The position numbers and the translations under genes were made by a program. 64,000 nucleotides of DNA from an uncultured Spirochaetaceae bacterium (GTDB taxonomy: Bacteria; Myxococcota_A; UBA9160; UBA4427), in NCBI GenBank assembly GCA_964435795.1, contig CAYTAT010000004.1, positions 28,955 to 92,954 on the forward strand. Reading direction: 5' to 3'. Of this stretch, positions 18,633 through 28,328 are shown piece after piece (position 1 is the stretch's first letter; each line of letters opens with the position of its first letter). The notes below the pieces were generated by a model. That model made no database searches. It had not been told where the DNA came from and saw nothing but the letters and a program-made list of their open reading frames with translations.

Positions 18633-20605
18633 TCAGGGGATTCACGACAATTGCTCTATCGGGGGCGCTATGCCTGGTAATGGGATGCGGGGCCGAGCCC
18701 CGCATCGACTATTCGGGTCCGACCGCCGAGTGGCGCCACTATGGTGCCGACATTCATGGGACCCGCTATTCGCCCCTGCAGCAGATCAATCCGGGGAATG
18801 TGGACTCTCTGGAGATCGCCTGGACCTATCATACGGGCGACCTGATCGAAACATCCGAAGGCGCGGTCGGTACGAGTTTCCAGAATACGCCGATCGTGGT
18901 CGGGGATACCCTCTACCTCTGTTCTCCGCGCAACAAGGCGATCGCCCTGGATGCCGAGACCGGTGAGGAGCGCTGGGTATTCGATGCGGAAGTGGATACC
19001 ACGGGTATGTTCATGATCCTATGCCGCGGTGTCTCCTATTGGCGGGATCATGGCGCGGCTTCCGGGCAGACCTGTGCGGAGAGGATTTTCATGGGGACCC
19101 TGGATGCTCGCATGATTGCCCTCGATGCGAAGACCGGCAAGCTATGCCCGGATTTTGGCGATGGGGGAACCATCGACCTCAGTGAGGGCATTGGGAATCG
19201 GATACCCGGGGAATACGGGGTGACTTCTCCCCCCCTGATCGTCGGAGATCTGCTGGTCAGCGGGGCGATGGTCCTCGACAATATTCGCGTGGATGCTCCC
19301 GGTGGGGTGGTGCGGGCCTATGATCTTCGGAGCGGGGAATTGCGCTGGAGTTGGGATCCCCTGCCGCCGGGTCAGTCGTTCATCGAGACCGTCGATGAGA
19401 AGGGCGAAAGAGTTCTCTATCGCCGGGGTACGACGAATGCCTGGTCCATCCTTTCCGCCGATGCCGAGAGGGGCCTGATTTTCGTGCCGACGGGCAATAC
19501 AGCCCCGGACTATTTCGGGGCCCAACGCGACGGCCTCGACCACTACTCGAGTTCCGTGGTGGCGCTTTCCGCGGAGACGGGCAAACCGGTGTGGAATTTC
19601 CAGACCGTGCATCACGACGTCTGGGATTACGATGTGCCCGCCCAGCCCGCTCTCTTTGATTTCCCGGCAGAGGGGGGCTCCATACCCGCCCTCGTCCAGG
19701 CCACCAAGATCGGACATCTCTTCTTTCTCGATCGCGAGACGGGCCGCCCCCTATTTCCGGTCGAGGAGAGGCCGGTTCCCCAGGATGGCGTCAAGGGCGA
19801 ATCGCTCTCTCCCACTCAGCCCTTTCCGACGCGCCCCGCTCCGATCCATCCGGCGTCGATTTCCCCCGACGATGCCTGGGGGATCACCCCCCTCGATCGA
19901 GGGGAATGTCGGCGCAAGATCGCTGCACTTCGAGCCGATGGCCCCTTCACGCCTCCGAGTGTCGAGGGATGGATCGGATTCCCGAGTTATTTTGGTGGGG
20001 TGAATTGGGGCAGCGTGGCCATCGATCCCGAACGGGGTCTTCTGATCACAAATACGAGCCGCATGGCTTCGCATCTCAAGTTGATTCCCCGGCAGGTCTT
20101 CGAAGACCGTATGCGGGCGGCCGAAGAGAGGGGCGAGACTCCTCCGGTATGGGAAGCCCAGGGGGGAACCCCCTATGCGATGGCGCGGGATTTCCTGGTC
20201 TCTTCCTGGGGTCTTCCATGCAGCCCGCCGCCCTGGGGAACCCTGGTGGCCATCGATCTCGCTACGGGAGACCTGCGCTGGGAGGTGCGCCTCGGCACGA
20301 CCGAAGATATCGCCCCCTTCTCCATCGCTCTGCCCCTGGGCGTTCCGAGCCAGGGGGGGTCGATCGCGACGGCTTCGGGCCTCGTCTTCATCGGTGCGGC
20401 GATGGACGATTATCTGCGGGCCTTCGATGTCGAGACCGGAGACGAATTGTGGAAGGGCCGACTTCCGGCAGGTGGCCAGGCGACCCCGCTTACCTATCGG
20501 GTGGCTGAAGGGGGGCGACAATTCGTCGTCATCGCGGCGGGGGGGCATTCCATGATGGGGACCACGCCCGGAGATTCGGTGGTGGCCTTTGCATTGGCCG
20601 AATGA
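18629..20605 (+). CDS. PQQ-dependent dehydrogenase (glucose/quinate/shikimate family), lipoprotein signal
   Basis: The GTG start overlaps the GH2 stop (GTGA), with AAGGAGGGAG upstream. Lipobox LVMGC. GADIHGTRYSPLQQINPGNVDSLEIAWTYHTGD and beta-propeller repeats. Confidence 0.85.
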   Translation: MIRGFTTIALSGALCLVMGCGAEPRIDYSGPTAEWRHYGADIHGTRYSPLQQINPGNVDSLEIAWTYHTGDLIETSEGAVGTSFQNTPIVVGDTLYLCSPRNKAIALDAETGEERWVFDAEVDTTGMFMILCRGVSYWRDHGAASGQTCAERIFMGTLDARMIALDAKTGKLCPDFGDGGTIDLSEGIGNRIPGEYGVTSPPLIVGDLLVSGAMVLDNIRVDAPGGVVRAYDLRSGELRWSWDPLPPGQSFIETVDEKGERVLYRRGTTNAWSILSADAERGLIFVPTGNTAPDYFGAQRDGLDHYSSSVVALSAETGKPVWNFQTVHHDVWDYDVPAQPALFDFPAEGGSIPALVQATKIGHLFFLDRETGRPLFPVEERPVPQDGVKGESLSPTQPFPTRPAPIHPASISPDDAWGITPLDRGECRRKIAALRADGPFTPPSVEGWIGFPSYFGGVNWGSVAIDPERGLLITNTSRMASHLKLIPRQVFEDRMRAAEERGETPPVWEAQGGTPYAMARDFLVSSWGLPCSPPPWGTLVAIDLATGDLRWEVRLGTTEDIAPFSIALPLGVPSQGGSIATASGLVFIGAAMDDYLRAFDVETGDELWKGRLPAGGQATPLTYRVAEGGRQFVVIAAGGHSMMGTTPGDSVVAFALAE

Positions 20606-20706
20606 ATCCGCATCGGGGCTGAGGGAGATTCGAAAAATGCGTCGGAATCGAATAGACTGCCGGCGCAACGCGGGCGGGCTACTGGTCGGGCCGTATATGA
20701 GTTGGA

Positions 20707-21984
20707 GTGACTCCATTGGGCCTGACAAATCTATTCTTCCCCTCAGCGTCTTCTCCCGTCCCGAATGATCTCGAAGAGGTGACCGCGAGGGGGGAAGAAC
20801 TCTCCCCCGTAGCGGTCGGTCTTCCTCGGGAATCCATCGAAGACATCTGGTCGAAGACCCAGGCCCTCTATCGATCCGGCGCCCATCCGGCCCTCCAATT
20901 CTGTATTCGCCATCGTGGCGCCGTCCTGCTGCATCGCGCCATGGGATATGCATCGGGCAATTCTCCGGCAGATTCGGATGACGCGGCCAAGCGCAAGATC
21001 GGTCTGGATACACCGGTGAATCTCTTCTCGGCGTCGAAGGCCGTCACCGCGATGCTGATTCATAAACTCGACGAGGAGAATATTCTATGCCTCGACGATC
21101 CCGTGGCCGACTATATTCCGGACTTTGCACGCTTCGGGAAGGAAGAGATCAGTCTTCGCCATGTTCTCGCGCATCGGGCGGGCCTGTCGAAGCTGCCCGG
21201 CGAGTATATGGATCTGGATCTGCTCGGGAAGCCGGAAAGGGTGCTTGAAATCCTCTGCGATGCCAGGCCCGAGTCGAAAGCGGGAGGTCGTCTCGCCTAC
21301 CATGCGCTGACCGGCGGCTTCATCCTCGCTGAAGTGGCCCGACGAGCGACGGGCCGTGGGTTGCGGGAAGTATTCATTGAGAAGATTCGCGAACCCCTGG
21401 GCCTGAAGTGGCTGAATTACGGAGTCGCTCCGGATCAGGTCGGCGAGGTGGCGCAGAATGCGGCCACCGGCCCTCCGCTCCCGCCCCCTTTCTCGGGGTT
21501 GCTGCAGCGCGCCCTGTCAGCGGATCTTGCGAATCTGGTTGAACTTTCCAACGATGCCCGATTCCTGACGGGAGTCATTCCCTCGGCCAATATCATCTCG
21601 ACCGCATCCGAGATTGCCAGTTTCTATCAATGCCTGCTCGATGAGGGAATGTATGAAGGGGAGCGCGTCTTCGAGGCCAAGACGATTCGTCGAGCGGTAG
21701 CGAGGCAGACGGGTTGGGAATTGGATCATACGCTGATGGCTCCGATCCCCTATGGGCTGGGCTTCATGTTGGGGAGCCGTCGGATGAGTCTCATCGGATT
21801 TGATAATCCGATGGCTTTCGGTCATGTGGGCCTGTCGAATGTCTTCACCTGGGCCGATCCGGAGCGGCAACTGGTGGTGGCACTCCTGACCACAGGGAAG
21901 CCGATCATCGGTGCCCATATCGCCTCGCTGCTGGGATTGATCTGGCAGATCGGTCATTCGATTCCCCGATTGCCCCGGACTTGA
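20707..21984 (+). CDS. Serine hydrolase, beta-lactamase/esterase (class C-like) fold
   Basis: SxxK motif (FSASKAV), LAHRAGL, YHALTGG. Confidence 0.8.
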   Translation: MTPLGLTNLFFPSASSPVPNDLEEVTARGEELSPVAVGLPRESIEDIWSKTQALYRSGAHPALQFCIRHRGAVLLHRAMGYASGNSPADSDDAAKRKIGLDTPVNLFSASKAVTAMLIHKLDEENILCLDDPVADYIPDFARFGKEEISLRHVLAHRAGLSKLPGEYMDLDLLGKPERVLEILCDARPESKAGGRLAYHALTGGFILAEVARRATGRGLREVFIEKIREPLGLKWLNYGVAPDQVGEVAQNAATGPPLPPPFSGLLQRALSADLANLVELSNDARFLTGVIPSANIISTASEIASFYQCLLDEGMYEGERVFEAKTIRRAVARQTGWELDHTLMAPIPYGLGFMLGSRRMSLIGFDNPMAFGHVGLSNVFTWADPERQLVVALLTTGKPIIGAHIASLLGLIWQIGHSIPRLPRT

Positions 21985-22190
21985 TGGATCCGATCATCGG
22001 ATGTCTGAGCGCCGAAGTCAGATGCGAGGCCTGCGCGCCATGACCATCACGGCCCGGCATCCCCCTTTATCTCGCCCGGCGAAACGACTCTTCTGGCGAC
22101 CCGACGCAGAAGACGGGCTAGGCTGGTCCCTGGCTGATTCGGGAAGAATCAGGCTCCTGGGGGAGGCGCCCCGGGGCGGAGAGGGACGAG

Positions 22191-23156
22191 GTGGCCGAGC
22201 GCAAGAAAAAGGGCAGAAAGAAGCCCGCAGGCGAAGCCCGAGCCCGTCAGATGGGGCGAACCCTGGCGCTGAAGGCGCGGGAGCGTGTTTCCGAGGGGAA
22301 GCGGGTCGTCGGCCAGGCCTCCCTTGCCCGTGCCAGGGATCTTGGCGCGAGCGCTCGGAAGGCGATGCAGCCACAGGTTCTTCCCAGGCCCCACCTCTCT
22401 CTTCTGCGGTCTCCCCTCCGCCCCACTCAGGCGCGACCGATCGCGAGAAGGATCCGAGTGGCCAGCTATAACGTGCATCGTTGGACGGGCCTCAACGGCC
22501 GGGGGAAACCCGATCTGGCACGCGCCGGGGCCGTGATAGCCGAACTCGACGCCGATATCATCGCACTTCAGGAAGTGCTCCTTCCCTTCGATTCGGCACA
22601 ATCGTTGGAGGGGCTCTGCGATGAACTCGGTCTTCACCTGGCCTTCGCGGCGAGCCGCATCCACAGGCGTGGAGAACTCGGAAATGCATTGCTTTCCCGC
22701 TTTCCAATGACGGGAATCAACGTATTCGGCCTGTCTTCCTCCCGAGTCGAGCGCCGCAGCGCCCTGGCCGCACAATTCGATCTCGGGGCGGTGGAACTCG
22801 GCGTTGTGGCCACCCACCTCTCCCTGGTGGATCGCACCCGTTGGCGCCAGGTGGAGACGCTGCTCAAGCATTCGCAGTGGAATCAAGGCCCGGCCGTATT
22901 GGTCGGCGATATGAATGCCTGGCGACGCTGCAAGGCCTCCCAGAGTCTCGAGGATACCCTGCATCGACATAATAACGTCAAATGGCCCGCCACCTATCCA
23001 TCGACGCGCCCCCTCTTTTCCCTCGATCGAATCTATGCTTGGGGTGCCGACATTTCGTCGGTGGAAGCCCACGATTCGAAGCGGGCCGCCCGGGCCTCGG
23101 ATCATCTCCCCGTGATCGCGGAGGTCGTGCTGCGGGAAGAGGATCGGTTTTGCTGA
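22191..23156 (+). CDS. Endonuclease/exonuclease/phosphatase (EEP) family protein with a basic N-terminal tail
   Basis: RVASYNVHRW...DADIIALQEV...GDMNAW...SDHLPVIAEV. N-terminus MAERKKKGRKKPAGEARARQ. The start (GTG 22191) is uncertain. Confidence 0.75.
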   Translation: MAERKKKGRKKPAGEARARQMGRTLALKARERVSEGKRVVGQASLARARDLGASARKAMQPQVLPRPHLSLLRSPLRPTQARPIARRIRVASYNVHRWTGLNGRGKPDLARAGAVIAELDADIIALQEVLLPFDSAQSLEGLCDELGLHLAFAASRIHRRGELGNALLSRFPMTGINVFGLSSSRVERRSALAAQFDLGAVELGVVATHLSLVDRTRWRQVETLLKHSQWNQGPAVLVGDMNAWRRCKASQSLEDTLHRHNNVKWPATYPSTRPLFSLDRIYAWGADISSVEAHDSKRAARASDHLPVIAEVVLREEDRFC

Positions 23157-23171
23157 TTCCGGATCCGGTTT

Positions 23172-24602
23172 TCAGATCTGGAGCTTGCGCCAGGCACCGG
23201 ATCGAAAGCGCCAGATGAGATAGAAGGCGAGCAGCATCACGTAGATCACCCCGCCCATCCAGGCCGCATTCAGCCCACCCTCCAGATGGACTCCGAGGAA
23301 ATAGGCCAGGGGCAGGAAGAGGCCCCAGGCCAGGAGGAAGCGCATGAGGAAGGGCACTCTCGTATCCCCCGCTCCATGCAGGGCCCCATCGGCCATTATC
23401 GAGAAGATGTCGAAGAATTGGTAGACGGCTCCGACCAGAAGCAGCGATGAACCGAGTCTGAGAACTTCGGGGTCGTCGGAGAAGATCCGAATCATCAACT
23501 CGGGTGCAAGGAGGAAGACGAGGCCGATCGCGATTCCGAGAATCAGACTCAATTGTTGACCCGAGCGAAAGGTCCTTTCGACATGGTGGAATTCCTTGGC
23601 ACCGATATAGCGCCCGACGAGGGTAGCCACCGCGATGCCGAGCCCTGAAGCCTGCATATAGGAGAGGGAGAGAAGGGCGAGAAATGCCTGGCTCGCCGCC
23701 ATGGCGATGTCACCCATCTGGGCGACGAAGACCACGAAGACCGCGAAGGAAAGCATCTCGAGAGTCCACTGCCCGCCGATCGGGATGCTGACGCGAGTCA
23801 GCCTGCGCTCTTCCTTCCAGGAGATCTTCAGGGTCGATGTGCCGAATTCCCGGCGCAATTTTCGTCTCAGAAAGACGCCGAGAATGATTATGGCCAGGGC
23901 CCATTCCGAAATTGCCGTGGCCGTGGCGGCCCCCCTCACCCCCCACTCGGGCAGGCCCAGGCGTCCGAAGATCAGACCGTAATCGAGTACGGCGTTCAGA
24001 CCGTTGGCCAGGAGACTCAGATAGAGGGGGGTGCGCGTGTCGCCGATGCCCCGAAAGAAGGCCGAGAAGACCATGGCGATCACGAAGCCCGGGACGCCCA
24101 GCGTTCGAATCTCCATGTAGATGCTCGCAACGGGTCGCATGGAGTCCGAGGGTGCGAGCAGGTCGAGCAGACTTTCCATCGCGAAAAAGCATAGGGCCGC
24201 CGTCAGGGTGGTGAGTGGCACGAGAAGCAGGAATCCCTGCCAGGCCCAACCTCCGCAGAGTCGATATTCCCCGGCCCCGTGATGCTGGGAAACGAAGGTC
24301 TGGATTCCGGTGGCGGCCCCGATGAAAAAACAGAATATCGTCCAGATCCAGATTCCGCCGAATCCCACCCCCGCCAGTTCCGTGGCTCCGAGACGCCCCA
24401 CCATCGCGCTATCGATCACGCCCATCAGGGCTCCCGCGAGTTGGGTCAGGATGACCGGGTAGGCGAGAATCGAGACTTCCCGGAGACTCCCCGGCACGGC
24501 CCTTCTATCGCGGGGTCGGTTATATAGCCGCTCATCCTGGATTCGCGCTTCCTCTTCGGCCTGCGGGCGATCGCGAATTGGGGGTTCGATGGGGAGACTC
24601 AT
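23172..24602 (-). CDS. MATE family efflux transporter
   Basis: 12-TM pattern, ILTQLAGALMGVIDSAMVGRLGATELAGVG and a typical MATE repeat. Confidence 0.85.
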   Translation of the reverse strand: MSLPIEPPIRDRPQAEEEARIQDERLYNRPRDRRAVPGSLREVSILAYPVILTQLAGALMGVIDSAMVGRLGATELAGVGFGGIWIWTIFCFFIGAATGIQTFVSQHHGAGEYRLCGGWAWQGFLLLVPLTTLTAALCFFAMESLLDLLAPSDSMRPVASIYMEIRTLGVPGFVIAMVFSAFFRGIGDTRTPLYLSLLANGLNAVLDYGLIFGRLGLPEWGVRGAATATAISEWALAIIILGVFLRRKLRREFGTSTLKISWKEERRLTRVSIPIGGQWTLEMLSFAVFVVFVAQMGDIAMAASQAFLALLSLSYMQASGLGIAVATLVGRYIGAKEFHHVERTFRSGQQLSLILGIAIGLVFLLAPELMIRIFSDDPEVLRLGSSLLLVGAVYQFFDIFSIMADGALHGAGDTRVPFLMRFLLAWGLFLPLAYFLGVHLEGGLNAAWMGGVIYVMLLAFYLIWRFRSGAWRKLQI

Positions 24603-24815
24603 GGACTCTGTCGATCACCTTGAAGGGGAGGTTGTCAACCCGGAGGCCCTGGGTAACACGGCCCTCTACTACGGGCAATAGTGGAGGGTCCGGTATTCTT
24701 CTCCCCCTCCGATGGCCTCTGGGATGCCCCTCGCCAGCCTCCGCCGGCCCTGATGTTGGAGGTTTGTTGAAAGCTGCAAGTGCCCTTCCAAGAAGGGGCC
24801 TGCTAGACTGTCTCA

Positions 24816-25265
24816 ATGGCCCATGAAGCCGAACATCGAGTTCTGGCCAAATATCTGGAGGAGCATCATCTCAAGCGGACCCGGCAACGCGAGACCATCC
24901 TGGATGCTTTTCTTCAGGCCGGGGGACATGTTTCGGCCGAGGACCTTCACCAGAGAATCCGGGCCCGCCATCCCCACATCGGTTATACGACCGTCTACCG
25001 CACGCTGAAGCTGCTGGTTGATGTGGGGCTCGCCGAAGAGCGTCACTTCGATGATGGGATTGCTCGCTACGAGACGGAGCGAACGCACCATGACCACCTG
25101 GTTTGTACGTCCTGCGGCAAGATCATCGAATTCGAGTCGGAATCGATCGAAAAAGCACAGAGGCAGGTGGCCTCTGATTTTCAATTCGAGCTATTGCACC
25201 ACCGCCACGAGCTCTATGGACGCTGTGCGGATTGCAGATCCGGCCGACGGAAGCCCGAGGCATAG
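24816..25265 (+). CDS. Fur-family metalloregulator (Fur/Zur/PerR not distinguishable)
   Basis: KRTRQRETILDAF...HVSAEDLH...IGYTTVYRTLKLLVDVGL...HHDHLVCTSCGKIIEF...CADC. Confidence 0.85.
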   Translation: MAHEAEHRVLAKYLEEHHLKRTRQRETILDAFLQAGGHVSAEDLHQRIRARHPHIGYTTVYRTLKLLVDVGLAEERHFDDGIARYETERTHHDHLVCTSCGKIIEFESESIEKAQRQVASDFQFELLHHRHELYGRCADCRSGRRKPEA

Positions 25266-25329
25266 CGCCGCTTCCGCCAAATGGGCGTGCAGGTGCGGGC
25301 GCCCGGGAGATTCGGAGAGGGGGAGGGTC

Positions 25330-25488
25330 ATGGGGCGAGATCCGATCTGTCCCATCTGCAATTCCGATCTGCCCATGGGGGGCGACGAGCGCCAGGGTGA
25401 GGAAATCTTCTGCAGCGTCTGCGGCGCGCCCCTTAAATTGACAGCAGATTATGGGGACGAGAATCTGGATGCCGAGGAGGATGGCTAG
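25330..25488 (+). CDS. 52-aa zinc-ribbon protein with an acidic C-terminus (LysW-like fold)
   Basis: MGRDPICPICNSDLPMGGDERQGEEIFCSVCGAPLKLTADYGDENLDAEEDG. CxxC..CxxC pattern, GGGAGGG 3-4 nt upstream of the ATG, and 64 nt downstream of the Fur-family stop. Confidence 0.5.
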   Translation: MGRDPICPICNSDLPMGGDERQGEEIFCSVCGAPLKLTADYGDENLDAEEDG

Positions 25489-25531
25489 CGGCTGGAAGGA
25501 TTCTCGGCGCTTCTCGCCCTATTCGCTGCCC

Positions 25532-26086
25532 TCAGGACAGCCACTCGGGCAGGCGGTTCATCAGATCGGCGAGTTGCGGGGCTCCGGCATCCTTGCTCGA
25601 GAGAATCGGGTCTTCAATGGGCCAGGGGATGCCGAGTTCCGGGTCGTTCCAGGAGATCACCAATTCGCTCGGGGCATCGTAGAATCGGCTGCATTTATAT
25701 TCCACTTCCGCAAGATCGCTGAGGACGAGAAATCCGTGGGCGAGCCCAGGTGCGAGGTAGAGCTGCAGCTGATTCTCCGAGGAGAGTTCCAGACCGAAGT
25801 GGCGGCCGAAGGTGGGTGAGCCGCGACGTACGTCCACCGCCACGTCCAGAATTCGGCCCCGTGAAGCGCGGACGAGTTTCGCCTGGGGCGGGCTCAGTTG
25901 AAGATGCAGGCCGCGCAGGGTATCGCGCTGGGATTGGGAGTGGTTGTCCTGGACAAAGACTTCGCCGATTCCCCCCTCACGATATTTCTCTTCATGGTAG
26001 GTCTCGAGGAAGAATCCCCGGTTGTCCCGATGTACGTCGGGCTCCACGATCACGATTCCCGGGATGTCGGTATTCGTGAATTTCAT
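25532..26086 (-). CDS. rfbC: dTDP-4-dehydrorhamnose 3,5-epimerase
   Basis: [10 protein letters not shown]...[16 protein letters not shown]....QAKLVR...G.I.DVAVD.R..SPTFG. Confidence 0.9.
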   Translation of the reverse strand: MKFTNTDIPGIVIVEPDVHRDNRGFFLETYHEEKYREGGIGEVFVQDNHSQSQRDTLRGLHLQLSPPQAKLVRASRGRILDVAVDVRRGSPTFGRHFGLELSSENQLQLYLAPGLAHGFLVLSDLAEVEYKCSRFYDAPSELVISWNDPELGIPWPIEDPILSSKDAGAPQLADLMNRLPEWLS

Positions 26087-26967
26087 CGGGGCCCCTCCTC
26101 CTCCTCCTCGGCGACCTGTACCAGGTAGCTGCCGTAGCTATTCTTGGCCATGGCCGAGCCGATCGCGAGCAGGGCCTCGCGATCGATCCAACCATTTCGC
26201 CATGCGATTTCCTCGATGCATGCGATCTTCAGGCCCTGCCTTTCCTGGATGGTCTGGATGAAATTCGAGGCCTGCTGAAGCGATTCGTGGGTTCCCGTAT
26301 CGAGCCACGCAAAACCCCTGCCCAGGAGCTCGACCTGGAGCGACTCTCTTTCGAGATAGACGAGATTGAGGTCGGTGATCTCCAATTCGCCCCGGGCCGA
26401 AGGCGAAAGCCCCCGAGCGATCTCCACGACTTCGTTATCGTAGAAGTAGAGTCCGGTGACGGCCCAATGGGAGCGAGGTTTTTCGGGCTTTTCCTCGATC
26501 GAAAGCGCGTTGCCCGAGGCGTCGAAACTCACGACACCGTAACGTTCGGGATCTCCGACCCGATAGCCGAAAACCGTGGCTCCCGACTGGCGGGCAACGG
26601 CGCTTTCCAGGCGATCACGCAGCCCCTGGCCGTAGAAGATATTATCTCCGAGGGCGAGGGCAACGGCATCGTCGGCGACGAATGAAGCACCGATCAGGAA
26701 GGCCTGGGCGATGCCCTCGGGTCGCGGCTGAATTGCGTAGCTGAGCGAGATTCCGAGCTGCCGCCCATCCCCGAGCACGCGCTTGAAAGCCTGCTGGTCC
26801 TGGGGGGTCGAGATGATCAGGATCTCGCGGATACCCGCCAGCATCAGCGCGGAGAGGGGATGGTAGATCAGCGGCTTGTCGTAGATGGGAAGCAGTTGTT
26901 TGCTGACCCCGAGCGTCACCGGAAAAAGGCGCGTGCCCGAACCTCCGGCCAGGATGATTCCCTTCAT
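26083..26967 (-). CDS. rfbA: Glucose-1-phosphate thymidylyltransferase
   Basis: [36 protein letters not shown]. The stop overlaps the rfbC start (ATGA). Trimmed to ATG 26967. Confidence 0.9.
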   Translation of the reverse strand: MKGIILAGGSGTRLFPVTLGVSKQLLPIYDKPLIYHPLSALMLAGIREILIISTPQDQQAFKRVLGDGRQLGISLSYAIQPRPEGIAQAFLIGASFVADDAVALALGDNIFYGQGLRDRLESAVARQSGATVFGYRVGDPERYGVVSFDASGNALSIEEKPEKPRSHWAVTGLYFYDNEVVEIARGLSPSARGELEITDLNLVYLERESLQVELLGRGFAWLDTGTHESLQQASNFIQTIQERQGLKIACIEEIAWRNGWIDREALLAIGSAMAKNSYGSYLVQVAEEEEEGPR

Positions 26968-27046
26968 CGCTTCTGACTCCCCACCGCGAGTTCTTTCACC
27001 AGAGGGGCCCTCCGCCCCCATGCTGTTGGGATATTAGGGTATCGGC

Positions 27047-28276
27047 TCATGGAAGGAAGGCATTGGGTTTTCGCAATTTTGCGGGCAGGTATTCATCCAT
27101 CACGTAATTGAGCCCCCACATGGCCAGGGATTGCTGCTCGGCTCGGACCCCCATGGCGATCAACTGTTGGATGGCCTTCTGCCAGCTCTTATGAGCCTTG
27201 AAGAAGGGATCGTTCTTCAGGGCATCCCGGGCCCTCTTGATGTCCACTTCGAGGAGCGGATGGGTTGGAAGTTCGTAATCGATGATGTCCTGGGGTGTGA
27301 CTCCGAGATAGCGGGCCTGGGGGACGGAAAAGAATTGGGAGATATGCGCCGCGTTGCCCGAGCCGACCTTCAGCGTTCGGTAGATATTCGAGAAGCCATA
27401 GGGATCGCAGTCGACGAATGCGAAGACGGGCAGGCCGCATTCATCGGAAAGCTTGCGGATGAAGCGGCGGGTGGAGCGCGTGGGAACTCCGGCCAGGGAT
27501 ACCAGGATGCAGTTCTCGCTCTGCCAGAATTTATGGCTCTGCAATCTCTGGAAGATGCCGCCTGTTTCGACGGCCAGGATGAACTTTGCATTGGTTTCGA
27601 AAGACAGGTGCTCGACCGTCGAGGGAATCGAGTAGGCGCCAGAACCGAAACGCGTACAATCGATCTCTTCGATCTCGCCACTTTCGAGGTCGGGATCGAG
27701 AACCGTGAGGCGTCCCGCGACGGCGCCGCCGTGTTCGTCGGGTACGAAGCGCAGTTGCTCGCGGGAGACTCCGTGTACCGAAAACATCGCCTCGATATCG
27801 TCCATCACGGTATCGGATTCGCCCTGATCATCGAATTTTGCGGATTCCCAATTCTTGCTCTGATAATACGCATCCCGCTTGGTAGCGAAATCATTGGCCT
27901 CGATGAGATTCTTCGAGAGGCCCATGAGTCGAAGCGTCTGGGCGAAACCACGCACGGTGTTGACCGTCAAGGTGCGTGTCTTGACCTGCTTGCCAATTTC
28001 GAAATAGCCCTTCTTCTGGGAATAGGAGACGTTGCCCAGGGAACGGATCGGAAATTCGAGATCTGGCTTGCGCTTTTTCAGGATATCCTGCCGGATACGT
28101 TGGGCCGTATCGACGATGAGGTCGGCAGTATCGGCTTTCCGGGCCCTCTTCGCCGCCTTCTTCCGGGCGCTCTTCTTCTTCGCGCCGGAACCCCGCCGGG
28201 CTTTTTTCGCAGCCGGGCGAGCCCTCTTCTTTGCGACCTTCTTGCGGGCGCCTTTTGCTTTCTTTCGTGCGGCCAC
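27047..28276 (-). CDS. top6A: DNA topoisomerase VI subunit A (Spo11-like) with a Lys/Ala-rich N-terminal tail
   Basis: TKRDAYYQS (catalytic Tyr region), Toprim Glu in ILAVETGGIF, DxD in FVDCDPYGF. GTG start with GGAAGGAA upstream. Tail MAARKKAKGARKKVAKKRARPAAKKARRGSGAKKKSARKKAAKRARK. Confidence 0.85.
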   Translation of the reverse strand: MAARKKAKGARKKVAKKRARPAAKKARRGSGAKKKSARKKAAKRARKADTADLIVDTAQRIRQDILKKRKPDLEFPIRSLGNVSYSQKKGYFEIGKQVKTRTLTVNTVRGFAQTLRLMGLSKNLIEANDFATKRDAYYQSKNWESAKFDDQGESDTVMDDIEAMFSVHGVSREQLRFVPDEHGGAVAGRLTVLDPDLESGEIEEIDCTRFGSGAYSIPSTVEHLSFETNAKFILAVETGGIFQRLQSHKFWQSENCILVSLAGVPTRSTRRFIRKLSDECGLPVFAFVDCDPYGFSNIYRTLKVGSGNAAHISQFFSVPQARYLGVTPQDIIDYELPTHPLLEVDIKRARDALKNDPFFKAHKSWQKAIQQLIAMGVRAEQQSLAMWGLNYVMDEYLPAKLRKPNAFLP

Positions 28277-28328
28277 GTTTTCCTTCCCAGGCCTTCAGAA
28301 CGATCGTGGGGCCTTTGGATTCTTGTCG

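Noticed and set aside
19751-21013. 420-aa minus-strand ORF spanning the PQQ-dehydrogenase / beta-lactamase-fold junction.
   Set aside because: It crosses an intergenic region and two well-supported plus-strand genes. Its composition is typical of a wrong frame.
25330-25488. The zinc-ribbon mini-protein as a bona fide LysW/ArgW amino-group carrier.
   Set aside because: No LysX/ArgX, LysZ or LysY-type genes are nearby, and the C-terminus ends EEDG rather than with the terminal Glu motif I associate with LysW. I kept it only as LysW-like.
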